DNA of 53,592 nucleotides from a virus (Duplodnaviria; Caudoviricetes): IMG/VR virus record IMGVR_UViG_3300007094_000013, positions 1 to 53,592 of that record; one strand, 5' to 3'. Shown piece by piece: positions 45,405 to 53,592 of this stretch (position 1 is its first letter; each line of letters starts with the position of its first letter). The notes under the pieces were generated by a model. It saw only the letters and a program-made list of their open reading frames with translations, ran no database searches and was not told where the DNA came from. The position numbers and the translations under genes were made by a program.

Positions 45405-46039
45405 AGACGTACACGATCAACGAGATATTCTGGTCGCCGCAAGGCGAAGGGATGCGCGCAGGCGAGATGTCGGTTTTCGTTCGCTTCACCGGGTGCAACC
45501 TGCGGTGCCGCGTAGAGGCCGGCGACGACTCCCCCGGGGGCTTCGACTGCGACACGGAGTTCGCCTCTGGCCGAAAGATGGCGGCAGACGAGATGGTGCA
45601 GGAAGCGAAGGCAGTCGTAGGAAAGCCGCACGAGTGGTTTACCGAATCGCAAGCGTGGGTGGTGTTCACTGGCGGCGAGCCGGCCCTGCAAGTGGACAAG
45701 GAACTGGTCGACGCCTTTCACGCAGCCGGCTTTCTGTGTGCCATCGAGACAAACGGAAGCAAGGACGTGAGCGGCCTCGATTTGGATTGGATCACTGTCA
45801 GTCCGAAGGTGGCGGAACACGCCGTGAGGCAACTGACCGCCGACGAAGTGAAGTACGTTCGCGGGCATGGTCAGGCTATCCCGAAGCCAACGTGCAAGGC
45901 CACGTACAAACTCATCAGTCCGGCGTTCGACGGTCTGACAATGGAGCGGCGTTCCTTGGAGTGGTGCTTGCACCTAATCAAGCAGCACCCCGAATGGCGG
46001 TTGTCAATGCAACAGCACAAGGCATGGGGGGTGCGGTGA
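45401..46039 (+). CDS. queE: 7-carboxy-7-deazaguanine synthase (radical SAM)
   Basis: EIF.SPQGEG, FVRFTGCNLRC, CDT, TGGEP, IETNG, SPK, QQHK. Confidence 0.93.
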   Translation: MKTYTINEIFWSPQGEGMRAGEMSVFVRFTGCNLRCRVEAGDDSPGGFDCDTEFASGRKMAADEMVQEAKAVVGKPHEWFTESQAWVVFTGGEPALQVDKELVDAFHAAGFLCAIETNGSKDVSGLDLDWITVSPKVAEHAVRQLTADEVKYVRGHGQAIPKPTCKATYKLISPAFDGLTMERRSLEWCLHLIKQHPEWRLSMQQHKAWGVR

Positions 46040-46593
46040 GCCAGCACGAGTTCATACACGCTCAAGCAGCGGTCGTCAGGCTGCTGGAATGGATGGGCGA
46101 GAACCCGTCGCGTGAGGGGCTGGCCGACACGCCGAAGCGTGTGGCAAAGGCGTTCCGCGAGATGACTGCAGGGCTGCACGTCGACCCGGCGTCGGTGCTT
46201 GGCACTGTGTTCAACGAGACGAGCGACCAGATGGTGGTCGTTCGCGGCATCCGGTTCTCCAGCCTGTGCGAACACCATCTCCTGCCGTTCACTGGCACTG
46301 CCGCCGTCGGGTACGTGCCAGACGGTCGCGTCATAGGGCTATCCAAGATTCCCCGGTTGGTTGAGGTCTACGCGAAGCGTCCGCAGGTGCAGGAACGCAT
46401 GACCAACCAGATCGCGCACACGCTGATGGAAAGCCTGACGCCGAAGGGTGTCGGCGTGGTGGTGAAGGCGCATCACTCGTGCATGGGATGCCGCGGAGTG
46501 CGACAGCCAGACGCCGAGATGATTACGAGTTGCGTGCTGGGGTGCATGATGGACAACCCGGCATCACGTGCCGAACTGATGGAGTTCGTTTGA
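46036..46593 (+). CDS. folE: GTP cyclohydrolase I
   Basis: REGLADTPKRV, SLCEHHLLPF.G, GLSKIPR, RPQVQER.T, HSCMGCRG. Confidence 0.95.
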   Translation: MSQHEFIHAQAAVVRLLEWMGENPSREGLADTPKRVAKAFREMTAGLHVDPASVLGTVFNETSDQMVVVRGIRFSSLCEHHLLPFTGTAAVGYVPDGRVIGLSKIPRLVEVYAKRPQVQERMTNQIAHTLMESLTPKGVGVVVKAHHSCMGCRGVRQPDAEMITSCVLGCMMDNPASRAELMEFV

Positions 46594-46594
46594 G

Positions 46595-47122
46595 ATGGGA
46601 AAGCGTGGGCCAGTACCGCAGCCGTCCATTCTGAAATACATCCGCGGCAATCCGAGCAAGGAGAAGATCAACGACTCCGAGCCGACGCCCGAGATGCTGG
46701 ATTCACTCGAGCCGCCGCCGCACGTGCTGGCCGACGAGTTGGCACACAGGAAGTGGCGAGAGTCTGTTCCCGTTCTCCGTGCCATGCGAGTGCTGACAGA
46801 GGCGGACGCGGAGCCGTGGTCGCGGTATTGTCTCAAGTGGGCGGATTGGATGCGGGCGCGTGAGAAGTGCGACCGGCTTGGTCGTGACAACATAATGATG
46901 GAGCCAGACCCGAACCGGACGGACGGGCGGCTGCGAATCAAGTGGAGCCAGCCGCACTCGTGGGCGGTGGACGAGCGTGCGTTGCACCGCGATCTCTTGC
47001 GTCTGGAGCAAGAGTTCGGACTGACGCCCAGCAGTAGGTCACAGGTGACAATCCATGGAACAGCAGACGAAGACCCGGTTGCAGCCTTTATCAAAAAGCG
47101 AGGCGACCGAACAGGGGCTTGA
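46595..47122 (+). CDS. terS: Terminase small subunit (P27-like)
   Basis: RGP.P.P..LK..RGNP...PP...YC...EFGLTPSSR. Confidence 0.88.
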   Translation: MGKRGPVPQPSILKYIRGNPSKEKINDSEPTPEMLDSLEPPPHVLADELAHRKWRESVPVLRAMRVLTEADAEPWSRYCLKWADWMRAREKCDRLGRDNIMMEPDPNRTDGRLRIKWSQPHSWAVDERALHRDLLRLEQEFGLTPSSRSQVTIHGTADEDPVAAFIKKRGDRTGA

Positions 47123-47660
47123 CTATTGGTTCGACACCGCGAGTGCCGAACACGCTCTGGAGTTTTTCACCGGCTGGCTGCGGCATTCCAAAGGGCGGTT
47201 CGCCGGCCAGCCGTTTGAACTATTGGAGTGGCAAGCGGAACTCGTGGGAGAACTATTCGGCTGGCGTCGAATAGACGACGGCACGCGGCGTTACCGCGTG
47301 GCATACATCAGCACCGCCAAGAAGTCAGGAAAGTCGACGCTGCTGGCCGGCATCGGACTGTATCTGCTGGTCATGGATGGAGAAAGCGGTGCCGAGGTCT
47401 ACGGGGCGGCCAGTGACCGTGAGCAGGCCTCTGTCGTGTACCGTGAGATGGCAAGCATGGTGCGTGCCTCTCCGCAACTGTCTCGCGTGCTGGAGGTAGT
47501 TGATTCACGGCGCACCATCGCGTACCGAAAACAGGCGTCGTTCTACCGGGTGCTGAGTGCCGACGCATTCAGAGCGGAGGGCTTGAACATTCACGGCCTG
47601 CTGTTCGACGAGTTGCACAGTCAGAAAGATCGCCGCCTCTGGGCCGCCGCCCCCGGTTGA
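47055..47660 (+). CDS. terL: Terminase large subunit, N-terminal fragment (ATPase)
   Basis: LLEWQ, AKKSGKS (Walker A), AASDREQA, EGLN, LFDELH (Walker B); ends at a TGA inside the insertion. Confidence 0.9.
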   Translation: MEQQTKTRLQPLSKSEATEQGLDYWFDTASAEHALEFFTGWLRHSKGRFAGQPFELLEWQAELVGELFGWRRIDDGTRRYRVAYISTAKKSGKSTLLAGIGLYLLVMDGESGAEVYGAASDREQASVVYREMASMVRASPQLSRVLEVVDSRRTIAYRKQASFYRVLSADAFRAEGLNIHGLLFDELHSQKDRRLWAAAPG

Positions 47661-47692
47661 AAGGCCGGGGGCGGGCGGCCCAGAATAAACGC
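47639..47692 (+). other. 50-nt hairpin insertion interrupting terL
   Basis: Removing 47643-47692 gives RRLW|DALRYGGAARSQPL in frame; 20-bp stem with a GAAA loop. Confidence 0.8.
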
Positions 47693-48715
47693 GACGCTCT
47701 ACGTTACGGCGGGGCGGCACGAAGCCAACCGCTCATCGTTTCGATCACGACGGCGGGATACGACAGGAACTCCATCTGTCACGAGCAGTACCGCTACGCG
47801 AAGGCGGTGATGGCGGATTGGCGGTACGACCCGCAGTTCTTCCCGTGCATCTACGAGATGGACGAGGGGGCGGATTGGAAGAACCCAGAGGTGTGGCCGC
47901 AGGCGAACCCGTCGTGGGGAGTCACAATCAAACCGGAAGACTTCGCGGCAGACGTTCGCGAGGCCGACCTGTCTGTTAGCAAGACCAACGCTTTCCTCCG
48001 TTACCGGATGAACACTTGGACGGCTCAAGACCAAAGGTGGATCAAGCCGGAGGTGTGGGCGGCGTGTCGCGTGGACACACTCCCGCCGCTCGACGGACGG
48101 GAGTGCTGGCTCGGCCTCGACCTTGCGTGGTCTGAGGACACTTCGGCACTTGTCGCCATATTCCCAGACGCCGAGGGCGGGCTGGACGTGCTGTCCCGGT
48201 TCTACCTCCCGGGCGACGACCTACCGGAGCGGGAGCGACGGGATCGCGTGCCGTATGGACGATGGGCCAAGGAAGGTCACATCGTTCTGACGCCGGGCGA
48301 CGTGACCGATTACGAGTTCATCCGGCGTGACGTCGAGGAGTTCACAAAGCAGTATCGAGTACGCATGGTCGCCGTTGACCCGTACAACGCCACGCACCTG
48401 ACCAACCAACTCGATGCGGCAGGCGTCAGAGTCAACCGTTACCGGCAAGGGTTTGCCGGAATGAATGCGCCGTGCCGCCTGCTCGAAAACCTACTTGCCA
48501 ATCAGAACATCCGACACGCAAATCCAGTGATGGATTGGCAGACAGGCAACGTCGCCATCCGTCAGAACGCAGAGGGACAGATCCGACCGCTAAAGCCAAA
48601 GGCAGGAAGCACAGAGCGAGTTGACGGCGTGCTTGCGTTGTGCATGGCACTAGGGGCGTGGAGCGAGGAAGGACAGAAACCGGCACGGCGTGCCCCGCAG
48701 ATTCACGAGATATGA
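47693..48715 (+). CDS. terL: Terminase large subunit, C-terminal fragment
   Basis: ITTAG, ANPSWG, GLDL...D, VDPYNA, QG, RVDGVLA. Confidence 0.9.
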   Translation, partial: DALRYGGAARSQPLIVSITTAGYDRNSICHEQYRYAKAVMADWRYDPQFFPCIYEMDEGADWKNPEVWPQANPSWGVTIKPEDFAADVREADLSVSKTNAFLRYRMNTWTAQDQRWIKPEVWAACRVDTLPPLDGRECWLGLDLAWSEDTSALVAIFPDAEGGLDVLSRFYLPGDDLPERERRDRVPYGRWAKEGHIVLTPGDVTDYEFIRRDVEEFTKQYRVRMVAVDPYNATHLTNQLDAAGVRVNRYRQGFAGMNAPCRLLENLLANQNIRHANPVMDWQTGNVAIRQNAEGQIRPLKPKAGSTERVDGVLALCMALGAWSEEGQKPARRAPQIHEI

Positions 48716-50586
48716 GCATCCCACTAGCGACACCTCGTATCTACGCTGCCGAGCCGCCGGCACCGATGTACCAGCCGGAGCGGCGGTATTATTTCGAGTC
48801 CCTCATGGACGACGTTGAGTTGTCCTATGTCCACGGGGCGTCGAGCGGCGTCCGCGTGACGGAACGCACCGCCATGCGAACGGCGGCCGTGTTCGCGTGC
48901 ATCCGTGTGGTTGCGGAGTCGATGGCCGGCCTCGACCTCCATCACTACGAACGAATCCCGGGCGGCGGAAGCAAGGTATGCCCCGGCTGGCTGGACACCC
49001 TGCTCTCCGTTGCACCGAACCAGAGTCAGACCCGGGTCGAGTGGCTGGAGCAGATCATCCGGCACTTCGAGATATGGGGGAAGTGCTATGCCGAACTGGT
49101 GCAAGGGCCGGGCGGCGTGATCTCTGCCATGTACCCTCTCGCACCGAACCGCGTGAAGACAACGCGGCTCCCGACGGGCGAGTTGATTTTCACGTACTCG
49201 GACAACTCTGGTCGTCAACGTGAGTTCACTCAGGACGAGATGTTCTGGATGCACTTCATGTCCGACGACGGCATCGTTGGTGAGCCGCTGCTGGAGTTGG
49301 GCAAGGACACAATCGGGCTGTGCCGGGCACTTGAACTTCACGCCTCTCGGTACTTTGCGAACGGGGCACGCCCCGGCGTGGTGCTGGAGACCGAGCAGTC
49401 GCTTGACCCCGAGACGGTTGAGCGGTTGAGGGAGTCGTGGGAACGCATTCACCGTGGCCCACAGAACGCTCACAGAACCGCGATCCTTGACGGCGGCGTG
49501 AAAGCACACGAGTTCGAGGCGGCTAGCAATCAAGAGTCGCAGTTCACGCAGGCCTTGGAGTTCGAGACGGCCCGCGTGTGTGCGCTGTTCCGTGTCCCGC
49601 CGCACATGGTGCAACTGCTGAACAATGCCACGTTCAGCAACGTGGAACAGATGTCCATTGACTTCCGAAACCACTGCATCGCGCCGCGGTGTGTTCGGAT
49701 GGAACAGGCTCTGACGCGAAGCCTTGTCACAGACCCGTCCCGGTATTTCATCCGGTTCGACCTCAACGATCTGGAGCGTGGTGACTCCACCACGCGAATG
49801 AACTATCTGACGGCGGCCATTGACCGTGGCATCTTGTCAGTCAACGAGGCCCGGGCACGCGAGGGTCTAAATCCAATCCCGGGCGGCGACGTTCATTTCT
49901 TTCCGTTGAACATGACAACGCTGGAAGTGATGAACGAGCCTGTTCCTGCGAAGTCAGCAGATGTTCAGCCCGTACTCGACAGGCTGGCGTCGGGAGGTAT
50001 CACGCCAGATGCGGCCCGCGTGTTGTTGACTGTTCAGAATCCAATGCTGTCAGAGGAACAGGTTGCCGCCATCGTGGCGGGGTCGTACGCGGCGGCGCAG
50101 CCAGACCGCGCCCAAGTGACCGCGCTGCTGCAAGTGATAGACGACGTGGCCGCCGGCAAACTGACCGCCGACGGTGCCGTGGCCGTCATTGGAGCGGCCT
50201 TCCCGCAACTCGACCCGGCGCAGGTATCGGCAATAGTAAACGGCGTCAACAGCCAGCCGGAGCAGTTGGCACTCCCCGCACCGGAGCCGGAGCCGGAGCC
50301 GGAGCCGCCGGCGGTTGTCGACGTGCCGACCGAAGCGGTCGACCCCGACGTGAACATGGCCGCGACGGCACTCAACGGGGCGCAGGTGTCGGCACTCGTG
50401 GACGTGCTGATCCAGACGGGGGCCGGCGTGCTGGGGCCGGACGCGGCTGTCGCCATCATCACATCGTCGTTCCCCACCATCGCAGAGGACACGGCACGCC
50501 AGATGGTTGCCGGTGCCGGCCAGCCGGTGCCGCCGGAGCCTGTCGTGCAACCCGTGGACGGGAGCGTAGTCGATGGCACTGTATGA
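48712..50586 (+). CDS. HK97-family portal protein with C-terminal extension
   Basis: AVFACI, YFANGARPG, LDGG, LFRVPPHM, ATFSNVEQ, SVNEARAREGLNP. Confidence 0.93.
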   Translation: MSIPLATPRIYAAEPPAPMYQPERRYYFESLMDDVELSYVHGASSGVRVTERTAMRTAAVFACIRVVAESMAGLDLHHYERIPGGGSKVCPGWLDTLLSVAPNQSQTRVEWLEQIIRHFEIWGKCYAELVQGPGGVISAMYPLAPNRVKTTRLPTGELIFTYSDNSGRQREFTQDEMFWMHFMSDDGIVGEPLLELGKDTIGLCRALELHASRYFANGARPGVVLETEQSLDPETVERLRESWERIHRGPQNAHRTAILDGGVKAHEFEAASNQESQFTQALEFETARVCALFRVPPHMVQLLNNATFSNVEQMSIDFRNHCIAPRCVRMEQALTRSLVTDPSRYFIRFDLNDLERGDSTTRMNYLTAAIDRGILSVNEARAREGLNPIPGGDVHFFPLNMTTLEVMNEPVPAKSADVQPVLDRLASGGITPDAARVLLTVQNPMLSEEQVAAIVAGSYAAAQPDRAQVTALLQVIDDVAAGKLTADGAVAVIGAAFPQLDPAQVSAIVNGVNSQPEQLALPAPEPEPEPEPPAVVDVPTEAVDPDVNMAATALNGAQVSALVDVLIQTGAGVLGPDAAVAIITSSFPTIAEDTARQMVAGAGQPVPPEPVVQPVDGSVVDGTV

Positions 50587-51598
50587 CCACATCGACTTCG
50601 TGCCGCCGGCAAGCGTGCAGGACGAGGCACGGCGCGGTCTCGAATGGCGGCGGCAACACGGGCGCGGAGGAACGTCGGTCACGATTGCACGTGCGCGTGA
50701 CTTGTCCAACGGACGCAAGATCAGTCCAGAGACGGCACGTCGCATGGCGGCGTACTTTGCACGGCATGAAGTCAACGTCAGAGAGGCCGGATGGAAGCCG
50801 GGGCAGGACGGCTTTCCGTCAACACACCGCATCGGTTGGTCGTTGTGTGGAGGCGACCCCGGGCGTGCTTGGGTGCGGAAGATAGTCCGCCAGATGGATC
50901 ACAGGGACGACAGGAGCAGCACGATGAAACTGGAGCGACGGTTCATCGCGTTCGACAAGGCCGGCGGCGAACGGTCACAGTGGCTCCGCGTGGAGCGTCG
51001 TGCCGTTGACGGCGAGGAGCGCGCCTACATTACGGGATACGCAGCAAGGTTCGGAGTCGACTCGCTCGACGGTGCCGTGGGTGACTTCATTGAACGGATC
51101 GCGCCGGGTGCGTTCCAGATCGTGACGGACGCCAACGAGCGAAGTGAGCCGCTGATGTGCAAGGCTCTGTGGAATCACAACGATGATATGCCGCTCGCGG
51201 CGTACCCCGACTCCCTTCGTGTGTGGGAAGACGAACACGGACTCGGATTCGAGTTCCCCGTGTCACGCACGACGTACGCAAGAGACCTCCAAGCGAACAT
51301 CGAGGACGGCATCGTGAAGGGCAACTCGTTCGCGTTCCTCATCGACCGCGAGAACGGCGGAGAGGAGTGGAGCGTGGACGAGGAGGGTCGCACCATCCGC
51401 ACGATCAAGCGTGTGTCGATGGTGCCGGACGTCGGCCCCTGCACCTACCCCGCATACGGCGAGGGAGACCTCGACGTGGCGAGGCGGTCGTTCGCCGCCT
51501 TCCGAGAGGCGGCCGCGCCGACAGTCGACCTCACGGAGTACCGCAAGCGGCACGCCGCCCTGACCAACTTCCTCGGGGCGGCGCGGCATGGCCGTTGA
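50573..51598 (+). CDS. HK97-family prohead protease with extra N-terminal domain
   Basis: ITGYAARF, ERIAPGAF, ALWNH, DEHGL, SFAF, PAY. Confidence 0.88.
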   Translation: MALYDHIDFVPPASVQDEARRGLEWRRQHGRGGTSVTIARARDLSNGRKISPETARRMAAYFARHEVNVREAGWKPGQDGFPSTHRIGWSLCGGDPGRAWVRKIVRQMDHRDDRSSTMKLERRFIAFDKAGGERSQWLRVERRAVDGEERAYITGYAARFGVDSLDGAVGDFIERIAPGAFQIVTDANERSEPLMCKALWNHNDDMPLAAYPDSLRVWEDEHGLGFEFPVSRTTYARDLQANIEDGIVKGNSFAFLIDRENGGEEWSVDEEGRTIRTIKRVSMVPDVGPCTYPAYGEGDLDVARRSFAAFREAAAPTVDLTEYRKRHAALTNFLGAARHGR

Positions 51599-51767
51599 GC
51601 AGCACAAGAAGCGGTCGGGCGACCTGTGTTCCTGCGGCGCGGCCCGCCTCCGCACCCGCACGAGCATCCCGGTCGGCGAGGACAGGAGGCTGCGGTATCT
51701 GGAGTGCGTGAAGTGCGGGGCACGTTGCCGCTGCGTGATTCGTGAGGCCGAGTCGAGGCGGCGGTAG
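51588..51767 (+). CDS. Small (59 aa) zinc-finger protein, Ogr/Delta-like; absent from the ORF track
   Basis: MAVEQHKKRSGDLCSCGAARLRTRTSIPVGEDRRLRYLECVKCGARCRCVIREAESRRR. Confidence 0.6.
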   Translation: MAVEQHKKRSGDLCSCGAARLRTRTSIPVGEDRRLRYLECVKCGARCRCVIREAESRRR

Positions 51768-51856
51768 TCCATACAAAAAATGTTCAAGGACGGCACCGCC
51801 GTCCGCACGTATGTTCGCAAGCAGAGTCATCTGACACCCGCACCGGAGAACACGCC

Positions 51857-53368
51857 GTGGCCGACGCCGCTCCAGCCCCCGCAGCCGACGAGATGGAAGC
51901 CCAGCCGACCGACACCAAGGCCGTGCGTGCCCTGCTGGAGCAACTCAACAGCATCGTCGCCGAACTCTCGGTCGCGCTGGAGGAGGAGGAGGCGGCCGAG
52001 GGTGAAGCGTCTGCCGACATGGAGGCCGTCGCCTCCCGTACCGCCCGGCTGGAGGAACTGACCACGCGTGGCGACGCCATCCGTGGACAGATCGAGCGGC
52101 TCCGCAAGATCGCTGCGAGGGAGCGTGAACTCCGCAGCATGGTTCTCCGTGCCAATCCCCCCAAGGCCGTCACGCCGGCCGAGCCGGAGACCCGATCCGT
52201 GACCACCGAGACTGCCGCCCCCGTCGCCAAGCCGTCGTTCGCCGCCCCGTCGCGGGGGTACATCCGAGGGTTCGGTCGTGGCCCCGAAGCCGAGCGGCGT
52301 GCATACGCCGTCGGCCAGTGGGCACTCGGCCACCTCTACGGCAACGAGGCCGCGAAGCGGTGGTGTGCCGAGAACGGCATCGAGACCCGCAACCAGAGCG
52401 TCGGCACCGCCACGCTCGGCGGCAACCTCGTGCCGACGATCCTCGCCGACCAGACGATCCAACTCATCGACCAGTACGGCCAGTTCAAGCCGAACGCGAA
52501 GAACGTGTCGATGCCCGGCCCGTACTACGAGATCCCCAAGCGGCTCAACGGCCTCCAGATGTACCCGATGGGCGAAGGCCTCGCGACCACGACCTCCGAC
52601 AAGGCGTGGGAGAAGGTCAGCCTGACGGCCAAGAAGTGGGCCGTCGAGAACCGCCTGTCGAACGAAGTGCTGGCCGATGCCGTCATCGACCTCGCTTCGG
52701 ACATCACCGAGGAGATGGCCATCGCGTTCGCGCAGGGCATCGACGACTGCGGGTTCAACGGAACCGGGTCGACTTCGGGTTCGCCCAACTACCAAGGCAT
52801 CACCGGCATCATCCCGGCGATGAGCGTGCTGTCCGGCTCCACTCCGCTTGCCGGCGTGTACCAGTCGGCGGCGGCCACCTCGTTCGAGACGTTCAGCGTG
52901 GCCGACTTCACCCTCGCTCTGGCGAAGGTGCCGCTCTACGCTCGGACGGCGAACCTCAAGTGGTACATCTCGCCGGTCGGTTGGGCGGCTGCGATGCAGC
53001 GGCTCATGCTGACCAGCGGTGCCTCGCCCGGCACGGGTCTCTCCGGTGGCAACACCGCCGAGAACCTCGCCGGCGGCGTGTCCGGTGGCCCGACGTTCAT
53101 GGGCCTGCCGGTGGTGCTGTGCAACAGCCTCGACCAGACGCTGGGCACCGACAACGCCAAGGTCAAGGTCATCCTCGCCGACCTGACGCTCGGTGCCATC
53201 TACGGTGGCCTGCGGGACATCACGTACCGCACGTCGACCGAGCGGCTGTTCGAACTCGACACCACCATCATGCAGGCCACGGCCCGCTTCGACATCAAGG
53301 TGCACGGCACCGGCACGACCACCAAGGCCGGCCCCATCGTGGTGATGAAGACCAAGGCGTCTGCGTGA
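51857..53368 (+). CDS. Major capsid protein (HK97 fold, N-terminal scaffold domain)
   Basis: Coiled-coil N-terminus; GGNLVP, GEG, LSNEVLAD, NGTG...P..GI, MGLPV, RFD. Confidence 0.93.
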   Translation: MADAAPAPAADEMEAQPTDTKAVRALLEQLNSIVAELSVALEEEEAAEGEASADMEAVASRTARLEELTTRGDAIRGQIERLRKIAARERELRSMVLRANPPKAVTPAEPETRSVTTETAAPVAKPSFAAPSRGYIRGFGRGPEAERRAYAVGQWALGHLYGNEAAKRWCAENGIETRNQSVGTATLGGNLVPTILADQTIQLIDQYGQFKPNAKNVSMPGPYYEIPKRLNGLQMYPMGEGLATTTSDKAWEKVSLTAKKWAVENRLSNEVLADAVIDLASDITEEMAIAFAQGIDDCGFNGTGSTSGSPNYQGITGIIPAMSVLSGSTPLAGVYQSAAATSFETFSVADFTLALAKVPLYARTANLKWYISPVGWAAAMQRLMLTSGASPGTGLSGGNTAENLAGGVSGGPTFMGLPVVLCNSLDQTLGTDNAKVKVILADLTLGAIYGGLRDITYRTSTERLFELDTTIMQATARFDIKVHGTGTTTKAGPIVVMKTKASA

Positions 53369-53393
53369 CCCGACGGGCCGCCTGACGATCCGC

Positions 53394-53433
53394 AACGGGG
53401 CGGCCGGTGAATCCGGCCGCCCCGTTCCATTTT
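53394..53433 (+). terminator. Terminator-like hairpin after the capsid gene
   Basis: aacggggcggccgg-tgaat-ccggccgccccgtt followed by ccatttt. Confidence 0.6.
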
Positions 53434-53451
53434 CAAGAACAGCGAACGCCA

Positions 53452-53592
53452 GTGACCACCCAGAACTTCACATTCGCCAACATCTATCTCGGCGGCTCCA
53501 CCAGACGCTACCGCTCACTGCGGAAGATTGTCCAGCCGGTGGTTGAGCCGGTGTTGCTCTCGGAGGTCAAGGCACAGTGCCGCGTCGACCAC
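53452..53592 (+). CDS. Head-tail connector, 5' part (continues at position 36)
   Basis: GTG ACC ACC... in frame across the terminal repeat. Confidence 0.8.
   Translation, partial: MTTQNFTFANIYLGGSTRRYRSLRKIVQPVVEPVLLSEVKAQCRVDH

Noticed and set aside
47643-47692. Intein or full group I/II intron in terL
   Set aside because: The insert is only 50 nt, too short for a splicing domain or ribozyme core.
1-53592. Stop-codon reassignment as an explanation for the split terL
   Set aside because: Other genes are intact under the standard code and end in TGA, TAG or TAA. Readthrough alone would not fix the frame change.

Overview
The window looks like a complete, circularly assembled genome of a GC-rich temperate HK97-type siphovirus, about 53.56 kb. 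Bases 1-35 repeat exactly at 53558-53592, and the head-tail connector gene reads across that junction. Nearly all genes are on the + strand; the tyrosine integrase is the only clear - strand gene. Modules in order: head completion and tail genes (1-12.4 kb); nucleotide-related genes (12.6-14.9 kb); integrase, a tandem tRNA-like attP and two excisionase-like HTH genes (15.0-16.6 kb); a repeat-punctuated array of small early genes (17-24.7 kb); replication genes (25.3-34.2 kb: SNF2 helicase, Prim-Pol, UvrD, VRR-NUC, beta clamp); a membrane-protein and papain-like protease cluster (35.6-38.5 kb); a second fibre-like cluster (38.5-42.3 kb); HNH; a ParB plus 7-deazaguanine DNA-modification cluster lacking queC (42.7-46.6 kb); then terS, terL, portal, protease and capsid. 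The most notable observations are: a 50-nt hairpin insertion with a stop codon that splits the essential terL gene; an SNF2 helicase with permuted motif order; a duplicated ~125-bp origin-like element paired with two Prim-Pol paralogues; a shared leader, promoter and (CAC)n grammar in the early gene array; and a predicted dDG modification pathway. All calls come from reading motifs by eye, and no database search was run. The host is unknown; a planctomycete is only a weak guess.
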